From: Vermamoeba vermiformis
Lineage: Eukaryota
Length of the DNA stretch: 20,000 nt
Assembly: GCA_045837725.1 (NCBI GenBank)
Contig: JBEWZL010000073.1
Coordinates: 172,481-192,480 of the forward strand
Direction: 5' to 3'
In this document: positions 1-10,046 of the stretch, piece by piece
Numbering within the stretch: position 1 is the first letter of the stretch
Layout of the letters: each line of letters begins with the position of its first letter
Translations under genes and position numbers: made by a program
The notes under the pieces: model-generated
The model's database searches: none
The model's input: only the letters and a program-made list of their open reading frames with translations
What the model was told of the DNA's origin: nothing

Positions 1-578
1 TGAGGACTCTTTTTAAGCCATTCTATTGCCCTCTGCCCCACTTGATAAAATTTATTGTAGGTTGTTCTAAACCAAATTAACAACAATCAAAGTATATGCC
101 AGTTATAATACCACAAACCTTAGAAATTCTTCATTAAATGATTTTGCACATATTCCTCGTTGTCTCTGCCACTCTTTCCCCTCAGCTGTAAAAAGCCCTT
201 TGTCCCCTCCGCATTCATTAATTGATTTGGAAAGCTCCTGTATTCTCCTGAAGGAAAATTCGGTATAAAAAAAAAAAGAAGTGGTATTGTCTTACCATAG
301 CTTGTTAACTCTTTGACTGTGTAAATACTTGATATCTTCTGCATTTGTTACCACTGGTATTGACTTGTTTGGCAAAATTGGGAGAAAATAATTATTTTTC
401 CGCTTTTTCCCAATCTGTTTGTATCTGATTGGTAATTGTAAGTAATCAATAATACAATTACCTCATAAAGATACCAATGAAGGCGCTTTCGTGTATATAA
501 ATAGTACCAAGTAGTAAAAAAGTTTCTCAAACAATATGCTCCAATAACTAAGCTCGTTAACAAAATATAAAAAAGCAT
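1..578 (-). CDS. Cytochrome P450, N-terminal part (runs off the left edge); exons 578-462, 414-296, 247-119, 66-<1
   Basis: Removing GT-AG introns 415-461, 248-295 and 67-118 gives an open frame: MLFYILLTSLVIGAYCLRNFF (membrane anchor)...IPVVTNAEDIKYL...GLFTAEGKEWQRQRGICAKSFNEEFLR..., which contains the P450 C-helix GLFxxEGxxWxxxR motif. The heme-binding Cys motif lies outside the window. Confidence 0.85.
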
Positions 579-805
579 TCTGGGCAATTTGATGTTTTTA
601 TGTTTCTGTGAATATTTGTGAAAAAGCAAAAAGTTGTTGAAAGAATTAGGTTTGTAGGTTAAACGGGATCTAACCTTCTGGAAAAATATTTCAATCGTTA
701 CTTATTTCAGACCAATAGTTAACAGCAATTATATTCATCTTATATAATAGTGCACATATATGCATACAAATCACATACGGCACAATCAACAATTTTTCCG
801 TTTAC

Positions 806-2124
806 TTAGTACAAAAAGTAATTATTATCCCTTCTTTCTAACTCCATAATAACAACTTGATATCGATTGTGGCGAGCTGATAGTGCACAAAAGCAGCTAA
901 TTACAGCCAATTTTTTTGCTTCAAGAGTCCATTCTGTGTGATTGGATCCCAAATTTCTAAGCCACTCCAACTCTGATCGTACAAGATCTTCCTGGCTCAT
1001 CCAACGAAGAGTTCGGAAATGGAAGTATCTTTTAAACATATCCACTTCTGCCATCGAATAGGCATTGCACTGTGGAAGACATTTTGTTTGTAGATACGAG
1101 TCTAAAAAAGAGTTTTGCCTCTGCATGGGATCGTCACAACCCCTTACCACTAACTGTAGCCATACTTTTCCTCCCGGTTTCAATAACTTATGTACTAATT
1201 TTACTGCTTTGTAACGATCATTTAGTGGAATGTGTTCAAACATTTCACAGCAAGAAATGCTATCAAACACTCCAATGCCTTTATCTTCTATGTCTAGAAA
1301 GTTTGCATAGATGGGAGTGCAATTCTCCAACTTTTCATCAGTAATTCGCTTTTCAATGTAGGCTAGCTGGTCTTTGTTGTAAACTATCCCTTTAACTTTT
1401 AAATGTGGATACCTTTTGGATGCACGCGTAATCATTGTTCCCCAACCACAACCAATATCCAAATAAGAAGTCTTTTTGTCAAGTTCCAAATACTCAAAGC
1501 ATTGGTTAACTCTTTTAGAATGGGCTTCCTCAGGAGTTTGAGAATCACTAGAAAAACTTGTGTGAGACCACATCTTTGGGGTTCCAATGAATTTTACAAT
1601 TTCCTTATATAATAAAAATTAATACTACAAGCAATTGATTTGTTCTTACATTTGAAGAATAAACCGCCAAATCAACTTTTGAATTGTTCTGCTCCCAAGA
1701 ATTTCGTTTTACATCATATGGGATACTTTGTGGAATCAATTAGCTGATGTCATGATTTTAAGGGAGAAACTTACCTGAGCAAAGCATACGCATCCATAAT
1801 GCTTAAATTCCGTATGTATTTTTCCCACTGTCCATTGCACAGACTAATAAGTTGATAGGCTTCCCAAATATCCCCATGTAAAAGAAGTTTGCCATTAGTC
1901 CATGCTTCCCAAAAAGGTCCATTATTCCCAATGGTTTTCAGATATCCTATTGCCTCAACACCAGAGAAGGACAATTTCAACTTATTTTTTGCATCACCAA
2001 AGGACAGGGGTTGGTTGAAATAATCTATTTTAATAAAAGCATTATTGATTGCAGGTTGCCAATAAGCCTTTAACAATCGATTGATGCGAGATCTTGAGTA
2101 GAAAATTTTGCTAATCAAACCCAT
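806..2124 (-). CDS. Cyclopropane-fatty-acid-synthase-like (CMAS family) SAM-dependent methyltransferase, ~407 aa; exons 2124-1775, 1725-1650, 1603-806 (alternative in-frame ATG at 2178)
   Basis: Introns 1726-1774 (GTAAGT..AAAG) and 1604-1649 (GTAAGA..TAAG) join the two ORF-track pieces in frame. Motifs: TPEEAHSKR, YLDIGCGWG, FDSISCCEMFEH, LLKPGG. Confidence 0.85.
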
Positions 2125-2711
2125 GGAGCAGTAGTTAAAAAAGAAGAACACCTTGACAAAAAAAAATAGAACAGACATGAGATAATATGTATTCAATAAA
2201 TTAAGCTAGTTTAAGTAATGTGTAGTAAAATGGGTTCCTAATAAAGGATAAAACCTGTCTGAATTTGCATTTTTTACCGCTTTAATTTTGTATTTAAAAT
2301 TTTTTCTTAACAAACATTTTTTTGAATGAAATTGACAGGGGAATAGCATTCTATTGGTTTTTTTATATTGGAATTTAGCTACTTTCGTCCCATAAAGCAT
2401 GTTTAAAGTTTAATATACCTAGTCAACTCTTAAAGTATGTTTTGAGAATCACTTATTCCTCTTTACATTATAAAGTCATTTTGTCCACTAACATATTAAG
2501 TTGGCACTCATTTATGATAAGGATAGTGTTCTTTTCTGCAGCTTCAGTAAATCAAGAAATATACCAAACAAACGTTTCATAGTGCAGCGTTTTTGGATTC
2601 CAATTTTTTTGGAATTATTTAGTAATAAGGATAATAACGCACTGTATTTCAACTAGAACTTTAATTAGAGAGAAAATTTTGTAAGCTTGCTGGTAGATGC
2701 AGAAAATTGCT

Positions 2712-4353
2712 TTACTTCTTTTGATAGGAGGAAATTATGGATGCCAAATTTTCATTTAGAACTATTGGTAATTTCGGGAATGTTTCTTGAAGTTTGCGCC
2801 ATGATCCTTCTTTGCAGATGATTGTTTTTGGAGCAGTCAGTCTTCCTCTTGCATAAAAATTTGCAAATGACTCACAAGTATCCAGAAGGTCATTTTTAAG
2901 TAATTCATCCAGTTGACTAGAGTCTACGTTGCCATCAATTGTTTCCAGATAAACCAAGTGACAGACCTTTGCAGGATCATAAAATATTCCATAGTTGCCT
3001 AAGCTAGTACCCAGAATTGAAAGTGTCTTTACCAAAGACTCCCTGTAATTGGCAACTGGTATTTGTTCACCAAAAAAATTGACCATGTCAGAAACCCTTC
3101 CGAAAAATTCAAACACTGGCATTTTGTTCTTGTAGAAGTCAACTATTTGGATGTAATCATCAGTTCGATACCGATAAAGCCCTGCATAGGTAGTAATTAT
3201 CATCAAATATACTTTTCCAAGCTCTGCATCATATATTTGCTTAATAATCCCAGTATCCTTTTCTTGCAATTCAACAAAAATTTTTCTAGGAAGGAATACA
3301 TATCGGGGGATGGGTTCTTCTAGAAAAATGTTCACTCCAATTATATCAGACTCCGTAGAACCAAACATTGGGCTCCAGATGAATACCCCAGGAGCAAGCT
3401 TCAGAAGATGAGCCTCCCAGTATTTTCCAGCCCTTGAGGTGCTGGCCATAATCATCTTTAAATTTGGCTGATATTGTGTCAATTAATTGATTCAATCATT
3501 ATCATTATTACTTTCTTACCCAAATATGCTTGGCAAATCCATCCTGTTGAAGAGACTCTCTAATTTCATCTGCCCGTTTGGGATCAGGAACAGCCAAAAA
3601 ATCTTTCAGAGGACCTTCAGGCAACTCCTCATTTATGCTTGCTGTTCCATTTTTAATGTCTTCAATAAGAGAGGATGCATTGTCCTTAATATATGTTATA
3701 AATGAAATTATGCTGGTGATAAATGTTGAACCAATCATTTGCAAGTCAGACCTTCGCAGTACACATAGAGCGCTAAGATAGCTTAAGTGTTTTTGAAGCT
3801 TATCATTCATATAAAGATCACGAGGAACTGCTAACTTCCATGAATCTGAAGGCGTCATGCAAATCTTGTACATTGTCATCTCCGTAGTGTACCATACTCG
3901 TGAAGGGTTAACAGGCTTGGATTTAAAAAGAACATGAGTGCAACCCTCAAGTGAAAAATTAGTTTTTGAAGTTAGCTCTTGAAGAGACAAAGCCAAATTC
4001 TGAAACTTTGTAGAGTATTGAACATTTGGGAAAATTTTCCGTTGCCCTGTGGTTCCTCCAGTACAAATAAAATAATCAACCTTTTCTGGAACCATTATAT
4101 TCTCCTCTCCAGAGAGCATTCTATCAACCAAAGGGCGGTATGTTTCCTCATATGCTGTTAGAGGAACTTGTTGATATTCTTCAATTGTGGTGATATGGTT
4201 TATTCCAAGCTGCTTTCCAAGAGTTGTCGATTTTCCATGTCTTAAAATATGAGACAGTGTTTGTTGAACAACCGCTTCAATATTTGCAATATCTTCATCA
4301 TAAACGCTGCGAGTGCAACTAGCTGCTGCCCAAGAGTCAAAGGCAATTGACAT
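2712..4353 (-). CDS. GH3-family acyl-adenylate-forming amido synthetase, 529 aa; exons 4353-3520, 3467-2712
   Basis: A 52-nt intron (3468-3519, GTAAGA..TCAG) restores HIW|PNLK. GH3 motifs: VPLTAYE, CTGGTTGQRKIFP, FGSTES, TTYAGLYRYRTDD, FEFFGR. Confidence 0.9.
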
Positions 4354-4476
4354 CGTTGTTTTTGTTTGTATAATTATAAGGTTTTTCTCTTATTATTACT
4401 GGAAAATATTTTATTATTAGTTGCTTCACTTAAAAAAGGCATGGCTAGTATTTAATTACCACAAAGTTGTGAAAAC

Positions 4477-4878
4477 ATGAGCCCCAGCCAAATTCTTGCA
4501 TTACTAGCAATTTCTTTTTTTGATTTGCTTGGAGCAGTTGCACTACTACTAAATCCAACATATTTTTATGATTGTAATGAACCGAAAGCATTTGAACGTG
4601 CAACACGGAGGTTAGCCCTTCTTCTTATTGGTCAATGTATGTAATTAGTAAATTTTTCTGTTAGTTAAAATGACACTTTAGGCCTTATACCATTAATTGC
4701 TATTATGGCAGAAACTACGATGTCCTTAATTTGGTTTTACTGCATTTATCACGTTGTTTTTTTGGCTGACAGCATATATGAGTACCTAAAGAAAGGAGGC
4801 TTTACCACCTTCAGAAGCAATGCAATTTTTCATGGCATATCATCAGTGGTGATTGTAATCATATTTATTTTTACGTAA
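4477..4878 (+). CDS. Small ~4-TM membrane protein, 118 aa; exons 4477-4636, 4682-4878 (missed by the ORF track)
   Basis: Intron 4637-4681 (GTATGT..TTAG) gives MSPSQILALLAISFFDLLGAVALLLNP...LALLLIGQCLIPLIAIM...LIWFYCIYHVVFLADS...AIFHGISSVVIVIIFIFT*, with four hydrophobic segments. Divergent from GH3 across 123 bp. Confidence 0.75.
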
Positions 4879-4924
4879 AATTGTTTTTCATAGCTCACAT
4901 TTCATAAAATGAACAATAGGCAAC

Positions 4925-5074
4925 TACCCCTAGGTTTTTTATGTAAGCTTCACGCTCTAGGGGTATTTCAGAACGAGGACTTCGAATTTGATGGTATTTT
5001 TAGGATAGGAAATTTTGCCTTAGGTTCTATGGATCCGGTCCCTATCCTAAATCTGCCCAAAAAATCGATTTTTT
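4925..5074. repeat. Cluster of short inverted repeats (possible TE remnant or regulatory hairpins)
   Basis: TACCCCTAG 4925-4933 / CTAGGGGTA 4957-4965; TTTAGGATAGG 4999-5009 / CCTATCCTAAA 5041-5051; palindrome AAAAAATCGATTTTTT 5059-5074. Confidence 0.5.
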
Positions 5075-5360
5075 TTGCTGGAAGTACGGGATATTCTTAG
5101 ATATATTATTTCCAACAACTTTTGTCTTAAAGATGTTTCACTCTTCAATAAATTTTTTTGGTGATCATGTTTTGAATGCAACCGGTAATAACTACTTGCA
5201 TTTATTATAAAGGGCTACCCCCAACAATTGATTAATGGAAATCCAAATTGACTATTGACAGTCAAAATAAATGAAAAAATTTAAATTTTGCCCAAAACTT
5301 AACCTAACTGGCTGAGAAAATCCCCATGGCTTTTTTTGGTAATTTGTAATATTTTATCTA

Positions 5361-7047
5361 ATGATTAGCAATCAGTATATTAAAAATTGGGTGCTTATTC
5401 CACAAGCCCTAAGGGCTAAAGATCCCTTGCCAGATGAATTGAAGTTTTTGGAAGAATGGAATGAGTTGCCAGGCTTGGGCAAGCCATCGAAGAATCTTTT
5501 TGAATTTGGAGATTTCCAATACTTAAGTAATTGACTCTCTGTTCAAATTAGTTTGATATTATAACATTTTATAGATCATGGTGCATTTGGAGTTGTTCCC
5601 CTGGATATTTTGAAGAAAATGGAAAGACTTGAAAAAATTAGGGTTGGCCTCCATAACTTTAAAATGAAAATCTAATTTATCTTGTAGAATGCCAATCCTT
5701 TTAAATTTCAAAACTACTATCTGCCATTGCTTCTTAGTTATGGCATTGCAGCATTGAGCTCGTTTGTGAAATCAGAGCCAGAATTAACTTTCTTTTGCGA
5801 GTCTGTTTGTAATGGTAAGATACTTGAGCCTTACAGTATTAAACCAACATTTTAAGGCATTTATAACTGCTTGATGACCATTATGCAACAAAAAGCTAAC
5901 CCAAGGGTGGCTTATGTCAAAGGATCTTATGGTAGGTAATCCATTTTTTTTTAATTTTTATTCTAATATCAAGTATATAAGTTGGGCTGGCATCAACTCT
6001 GGAGAGCTTAGCAGCAAAAAAAATGATTCAATTGACTCCCTTTGAATCTCAACAGCAAATTGACAGCAGCAAACTTTGTTCCTTTATTCAATGTAACAAC
6101 ATTGATGTACTTGTGCTTGAACACATAACAAATACAACTGGAGTTCTTAATAACGTTAAAGATCTTGTTAATCAAGTCAAATCTCAGTAATTAATTCACT
6201 GTAGTCAGTAATTGTGTGCTAACAAATGTTTAAGGGGAGTAATAACCATTATTGACGGTGCTCACGCCCCTGGAAACATTGACCTTGACATTGCTGGCAT
6301 CAATGCAGATTTTTATGTGGGATCATGTTATAAATGGCTGTTCAGCCTTCAAGTAAAGTAAAATCCAAGGCTACCTTATCTAACTTTGCTTAATAGGGCT
6401 GCTCGTTTGTTTGCATAAACAAAGATTGGCAAAATAAGGTACTTGTATTTGGTTTTTAAATCTCTATCTGACCTTTATTTTTCAAGTTCTCTCCACCATT
6501 TGATACTTTCATGAAGATAAACCAGCTCATTCCTTTTTACTGGAGAGGAGGAATAAATTATATGCCCTATATCTCTTGTATTTGTGGTATTAGCATGCTT
6601 AAACAGTATGGAATCCCTCAAGTTTGGCAGCATATTAAAGAAGTTAAGAACTCAATTGGTAAGTTATACCTCCTCTTATGAGATAATTATATATTTTAAC
6701 GGTTTATTAAATGAAGAAATCAATTTGACAAAGGAATGGGGAGCAGAAGTAATCAGTGCTAACGAGTTGTCATTTACTGTCCTTAAAGTAAACACTAACT
6801 TGAAAAAGGTAAGTTTGTCAAAATAAAAGTGTTTGATTAACTATTTGTCAAGAACTTAAACCTAGGAGTCTGCGCTCTTGAGATGACTGGCATTATTGCA
6901 GAAAAGCTGTCTTCTCAGATTTCAATGACAATTCCTAGCTTTTCTGAGGTTTTAGTTCGAATCTCTCTGAGTATTTACAGTACTGCAGATGACGTAAGTC
7001 AGATCCAGGATTCCTTCCTGGAAATTGTAAAGCAATTTGAAAATTAG
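5361..7047 (+). CDS. PLP-dependent class-V aminotransferase-fold enzyme (Egt2 C-S lyase / isopenicillin N epimerase / L-cysteine desulfhydrase-like), 10 exons
   Basis: Introns 5527-5574, 5643-5687, 5815-5856, 5932-5981, 6187-6234, 6353-6396, 6439-6486, 6659-6716 and 6809-6852 give a continuous frame. Motifs: YLNHGAFG, EHITNTTG, IIDGAHAPG, ADFYVGSCYKWL (PLP lysine), LVRISLSIY. Alternative start at ATG 5326 with one extra intron. Confidence 0.88.
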
Positions 7048-7202
7048 AAAGTTATAGCAGCAATAAAACTAGAACCATGTGCAAGTAAGATTTGATTGTT
7101 AGGGTTTATTGTCCTTATGAAATTTCAAATTTCATGAAACACAACTTGCAGACTATACGTACAAAATATTGCGCACTGGCACTGTGACGACTACAATTTA
7201 TT

Positions 7203-8172
7203 TTACAAATCGACTGGAATTGTTTTTGATGTGAAGTATGCTAATGTGAGGATGAGACCCTTTTCCAGTGGTATTTTTGGTGACCATTGCAGGAGTGATT
7301 TTGCTTTGTCAATATTTGGGCGTCTCATTTTTGGGTCATCGGGTCTAATGACTGGGTCTAAAAATGTGAAGGTTGACTTTGAATGGGTAAGGTCCACAAT
7401 AATATTAGCTATTTGTAAAATGGAGAGCTCCCCATCTGGGTTTCCCAGGTTCACCGGAGTGCTTTCATTTGATTGAGCAAGCAACCATAGCCCCTCTACA
7501 ATATCACTTACATAGGTGAAGCTCCTTGTTTGGTTGCCGGTTCCGTAGATAGCAAGTGGTTTATCAGTGAGGGCTTGTTTTATAAATGCAGGGACAACTC
7601 TACCATCATCTATGTTCATTCTAGGCCCAAATGTATTAAATATACGGGCTATTCTTGTTTTAAGATCAAAAGTTCGATGGTATGCCATAGTAATGGCTTC
7701 AGCATATCTTTTACTTTCATCATAACACGACCTTATGCCAATGGGATTGACATTTCCCCAATAATCTTCTGATTGAGGATGAAGGATCGGATCTCCATAC
7801 ACTTCTGAGGTTGAAGTAAGAACAAATATGGCGCTATTCTTTTTGGCAATCTCCAACATTGCTTGAGTGCCTTCCGACCCCACTTGCAATGTTTCAATGG
7901 GAAAAAGCATGTAATATTTTGGGCTTGCAAAACTAGCAAGATGAAAAACAAAGTCAAGCTTTCCTAAACTCTTCTATTACAGAGCTGCTAAGATTGCATA
8001 CATCTGCTTTGATAAAAGTAAAGAGAGGATTGGTAAGCAAATGTGAAATATTATCTTCTGTTGAGCATGCCAGATTATCCAGAACTGTCACTTTATGCCC
8101 TAGGCCTAACAAGAATTCTGCCAAATGTGAACCAATGAAACCAGCACCTCCACTTATTAAGGAAACATGCAT
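7203..8172 (-). CDS. uxs: UDP-glucuronate decarboxylase (UDP-xylose synthase)-like extended SDR, intronless, with a 1-nt frameshift near 7966-7968
   Basis: Motifs: GGAGFIGSHL, FHLASFASP, STSEVYGDP, HPQSEDYWGNVNPIG, YDESK, RIFNTFGPRM, QTRSF. Removing one T from GAG TTT AGG restores EELGKLDFVFHLAS. Confidence 0.88.
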
Positions 8173-8270
8173 TCTATTCTTATGTTTTTAATTAAAAATG
8201 GATCCAGACAAAAACTTTTCCTATTTTCTCCCCAAAATTGCATTGGCCAGGGACAATTCTCAAATATATA

Positions 8271-8912
8271 ATGACTAGTACAATAAATTGGCTGGATGTC
8301 AAAGAATTACAAGTTCAGGAGGGAACTTGCTATGAAGAAATCAGGCGATTTTATTTCGAGTATCTGTCAAAACCACATCCTATGCTAGGAAGATCTGGAG
8401 CAGTATGCCCTTTTATGCCATTATCATTAAAGTTTAACAAAGTGAAAACCCTGGTTTGGAAAAAGCAGGAATTTGATGAACAAGAGATTTTGGAGTTAAT
8501 GCAAGAAGTATTGGATGAGCTTAAACGGTGCACGATTGACTGTGCAATGGTGGTTTTCTTTCCAAATATTGTTAATACTCAAGATATTGCTTTATTTCAA
8601 GAGAAGTACAAATCTCTGGCTGTCGGAAAAGGATTGATGATTGGGGAGTTTTTTGAATCAAATCCGTCCCCTGGTTTGCACAATAAACATTGGCAGCCTC
8701 TTCAGAGCAAAGTACCTTGCTTGGCCTTTCGGAAAATGGTCAAGGAAGATTTTGCATTCATGCTTAAACCATCTTATCGGTGGTCACAAAAAGTGGTTTA
8801 CATTGCTTCTTACTTCCTTACAATGCATTCAACTGCTATCAAAAGGGTAATAATATTCGCATGCACTCTTTATTTATTTTATTTTCTTGGTTGTTTGTTA
8901 TCAGTTCAGTAA
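8271..8912 (+). CDS. DUF6875-like protein with a C-terminal hydrophobic (TM) extension, 213 aa, intronless
   Basis: YLSKPHPMLGRSGAVCPF and GLMIGEFFESNPSPGLHNKHWQPLQSKVPCLAFRKMVKEDFAFM resemble the mainly bacterial DUF6875 family as I recall it. First in-frame ATG is at 8271. Confidence 0.7.
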   Translation: MTSTINWLDVKELQVQEGTCYEEIRRFYFEYLSKPHPMLGRSGAVCPFMPLSLKFNKVKTLVWKKQEFDEQEILELMQEVLDELKRCTIDCAMVVFFPNIVNTQDIALFQEKYKSLAVGKGLMIGEFFESNPSPGLHNKHWQPLQSKVPCLAFRKMVKEDFAFMLKPSYRWSQKVVYIASYFLTMHSTAIKRVIIFACTLYLFYFLGCLLSVQ

Positions 8913-8940
8913 ATCAAAATGTGGAAAACAGCATTGCAAT

Positions 8941-9290
8941 ATTTTTCTTAGTCTCCATATGGGAGAGTCTTGTCCTCTCTGGTGAGATGAGTTTTTTAGT
9001 TATGCTGTTGCCAAACAAGGCTCGGTGAATGATATTTTCGACAAACTCTTTACAGGAATGGATGCCCACCCTCCTTTACATTATTGGCTAATATTTATTG
9101 TCGTTAAATGGGTTGACAATCCTTTGGGAGCCAGATTGCCATTCATTTTGATTGGAGTGCTACGTGGTTTTCTTCCAGCACTCTAATTGTAAGGGGCTGG
9201 GATGTCAAACAAAGTAGTATCTGCTATTTTTTTACTTTTGACTTCCATTCAACACTACTCAATTACTGGCGTCCATATCTATAATGGCAT
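8941..9290 (+). pseudogene. Degraded GT-C fold glycosyltransferase (PMT_2/ArnT-like), N-terminal fragment
   Basis: One frame reads PLW*DEFFSYAVAKQ...MDAHPPLHYWL...GARLPFILIG, containing the GT-C WxDE, DxHPPL and RLP motifs. There is an in-frame TGA at 8983-8985, a further stop at 9184-9186, and later frameshifts (HYSIT..RPY). Confidence 0.7.
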
Positions 9291-9394
9291 TAACGAAGCA
9301 TTCCATTGTCAAGCACCATTAATTGTATGGCCACAAAACTACGAAAACTAATTAACATAGTGCTGTTCTATTCCTAGTAATAATAATTATTATT

Positions 9395-9495
9395 TTAATT
9401 CTTTTTTTTCCTCTCCTTGCTTTTTCCCTTTCTTCTTTTTTTCTCTTTCCGTATATATATATATAAAAAAAGGTTTTTTTTTTTGGAAAAAAATT
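9395..9495. repeat. Low-complexity T/C tract, (TA)n microsatellite and A/T homopolymers
   Basis: Directly visible: tttttttttcctctcc..., gtatatatatatata, aaaaaaaggtttttttttttggaaaaaaa. Confidence 0.7.
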
Positions 9496-10046
9496 TGGTT
9501 CATGAAAAAAAATGAAAGCAGTTTGTTTCATGAAAGAATAACCCAGTTTTGGTTTGAATGGGTAGATAAAAAATGCCTGAAATTACACTGCTATTGATGT
9601 AAAATAATTAATTACCCAACATCATAATTGTTAATTATAAATTAGCATAGCTGCTTAATATAATAAGTATGGTGCTTTTCTGCCGAGTCCCTGAAAACAA
9701 GTTGGAATTTAAGCGTTAATTAATTATTCGTAGCATATTACTTGGATATTGCAGCAATAAATATTAACAAAAGATAGTTGTTGACTCTAAAATGAAGAAA
9801 AAATTAAGCTTATTTAATTGAAACCAACAACGACCAATCATGATCTGTTTAGATCCAAAAATTGCCTATTCTTTTTGCCGGGCAATTCAAAAAATTGCTA
9901 AGCCCTAAAAAATTACAAAAATTTGGCATGGTTCACCCTGTAATTTAGTACAAGTTCAAACAAGACTATCACATCCAAAAAAATAATGGAAAAATAAACA
10001 AAAATTAACCACCCATCCAAATAATAAGTCCGACACAGGATGTATT

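Noticed and set aside
120-344. 74-aa ORF in the track
   Set aside because: Wrong frame; the overlapping spliced frame encodes the P450 C-helix motif.
2206-2400. 64-aa minus-strand ORF
   Set aside because: AT-rich intergenic sequence with no recognisable features.
1072-4161. Plus-strand ORFs at 1072, 1403, 3063, 3487, 3578, 3979
   Set aside because: Antisense shadows of the methyltransferase and GH3 genes, with no motifs of their own.
7964-7980. Micro-intron explaining the UXS frame break
   Set aside because: The GT..AG options here are only 7-17 nt, far below the 40-59 nt class, and the 17-nt one does not restore the frame.
8983-8985. TGA as a sense codon (alternative genetic code)
   Set aside because: Intact genes use TGG for Trp with no in-frame TGA, the AlkB gene model ends in TGA, and the GT-C fragment has other lesions.
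1-9300. Bacterial operon with many frameshifted pseudogenes
   Set aside because: Nearly every break is explained by a 40-59 nt GT-AG intron that restores conserved motifs in frame, so this is eukaryotic DNA.
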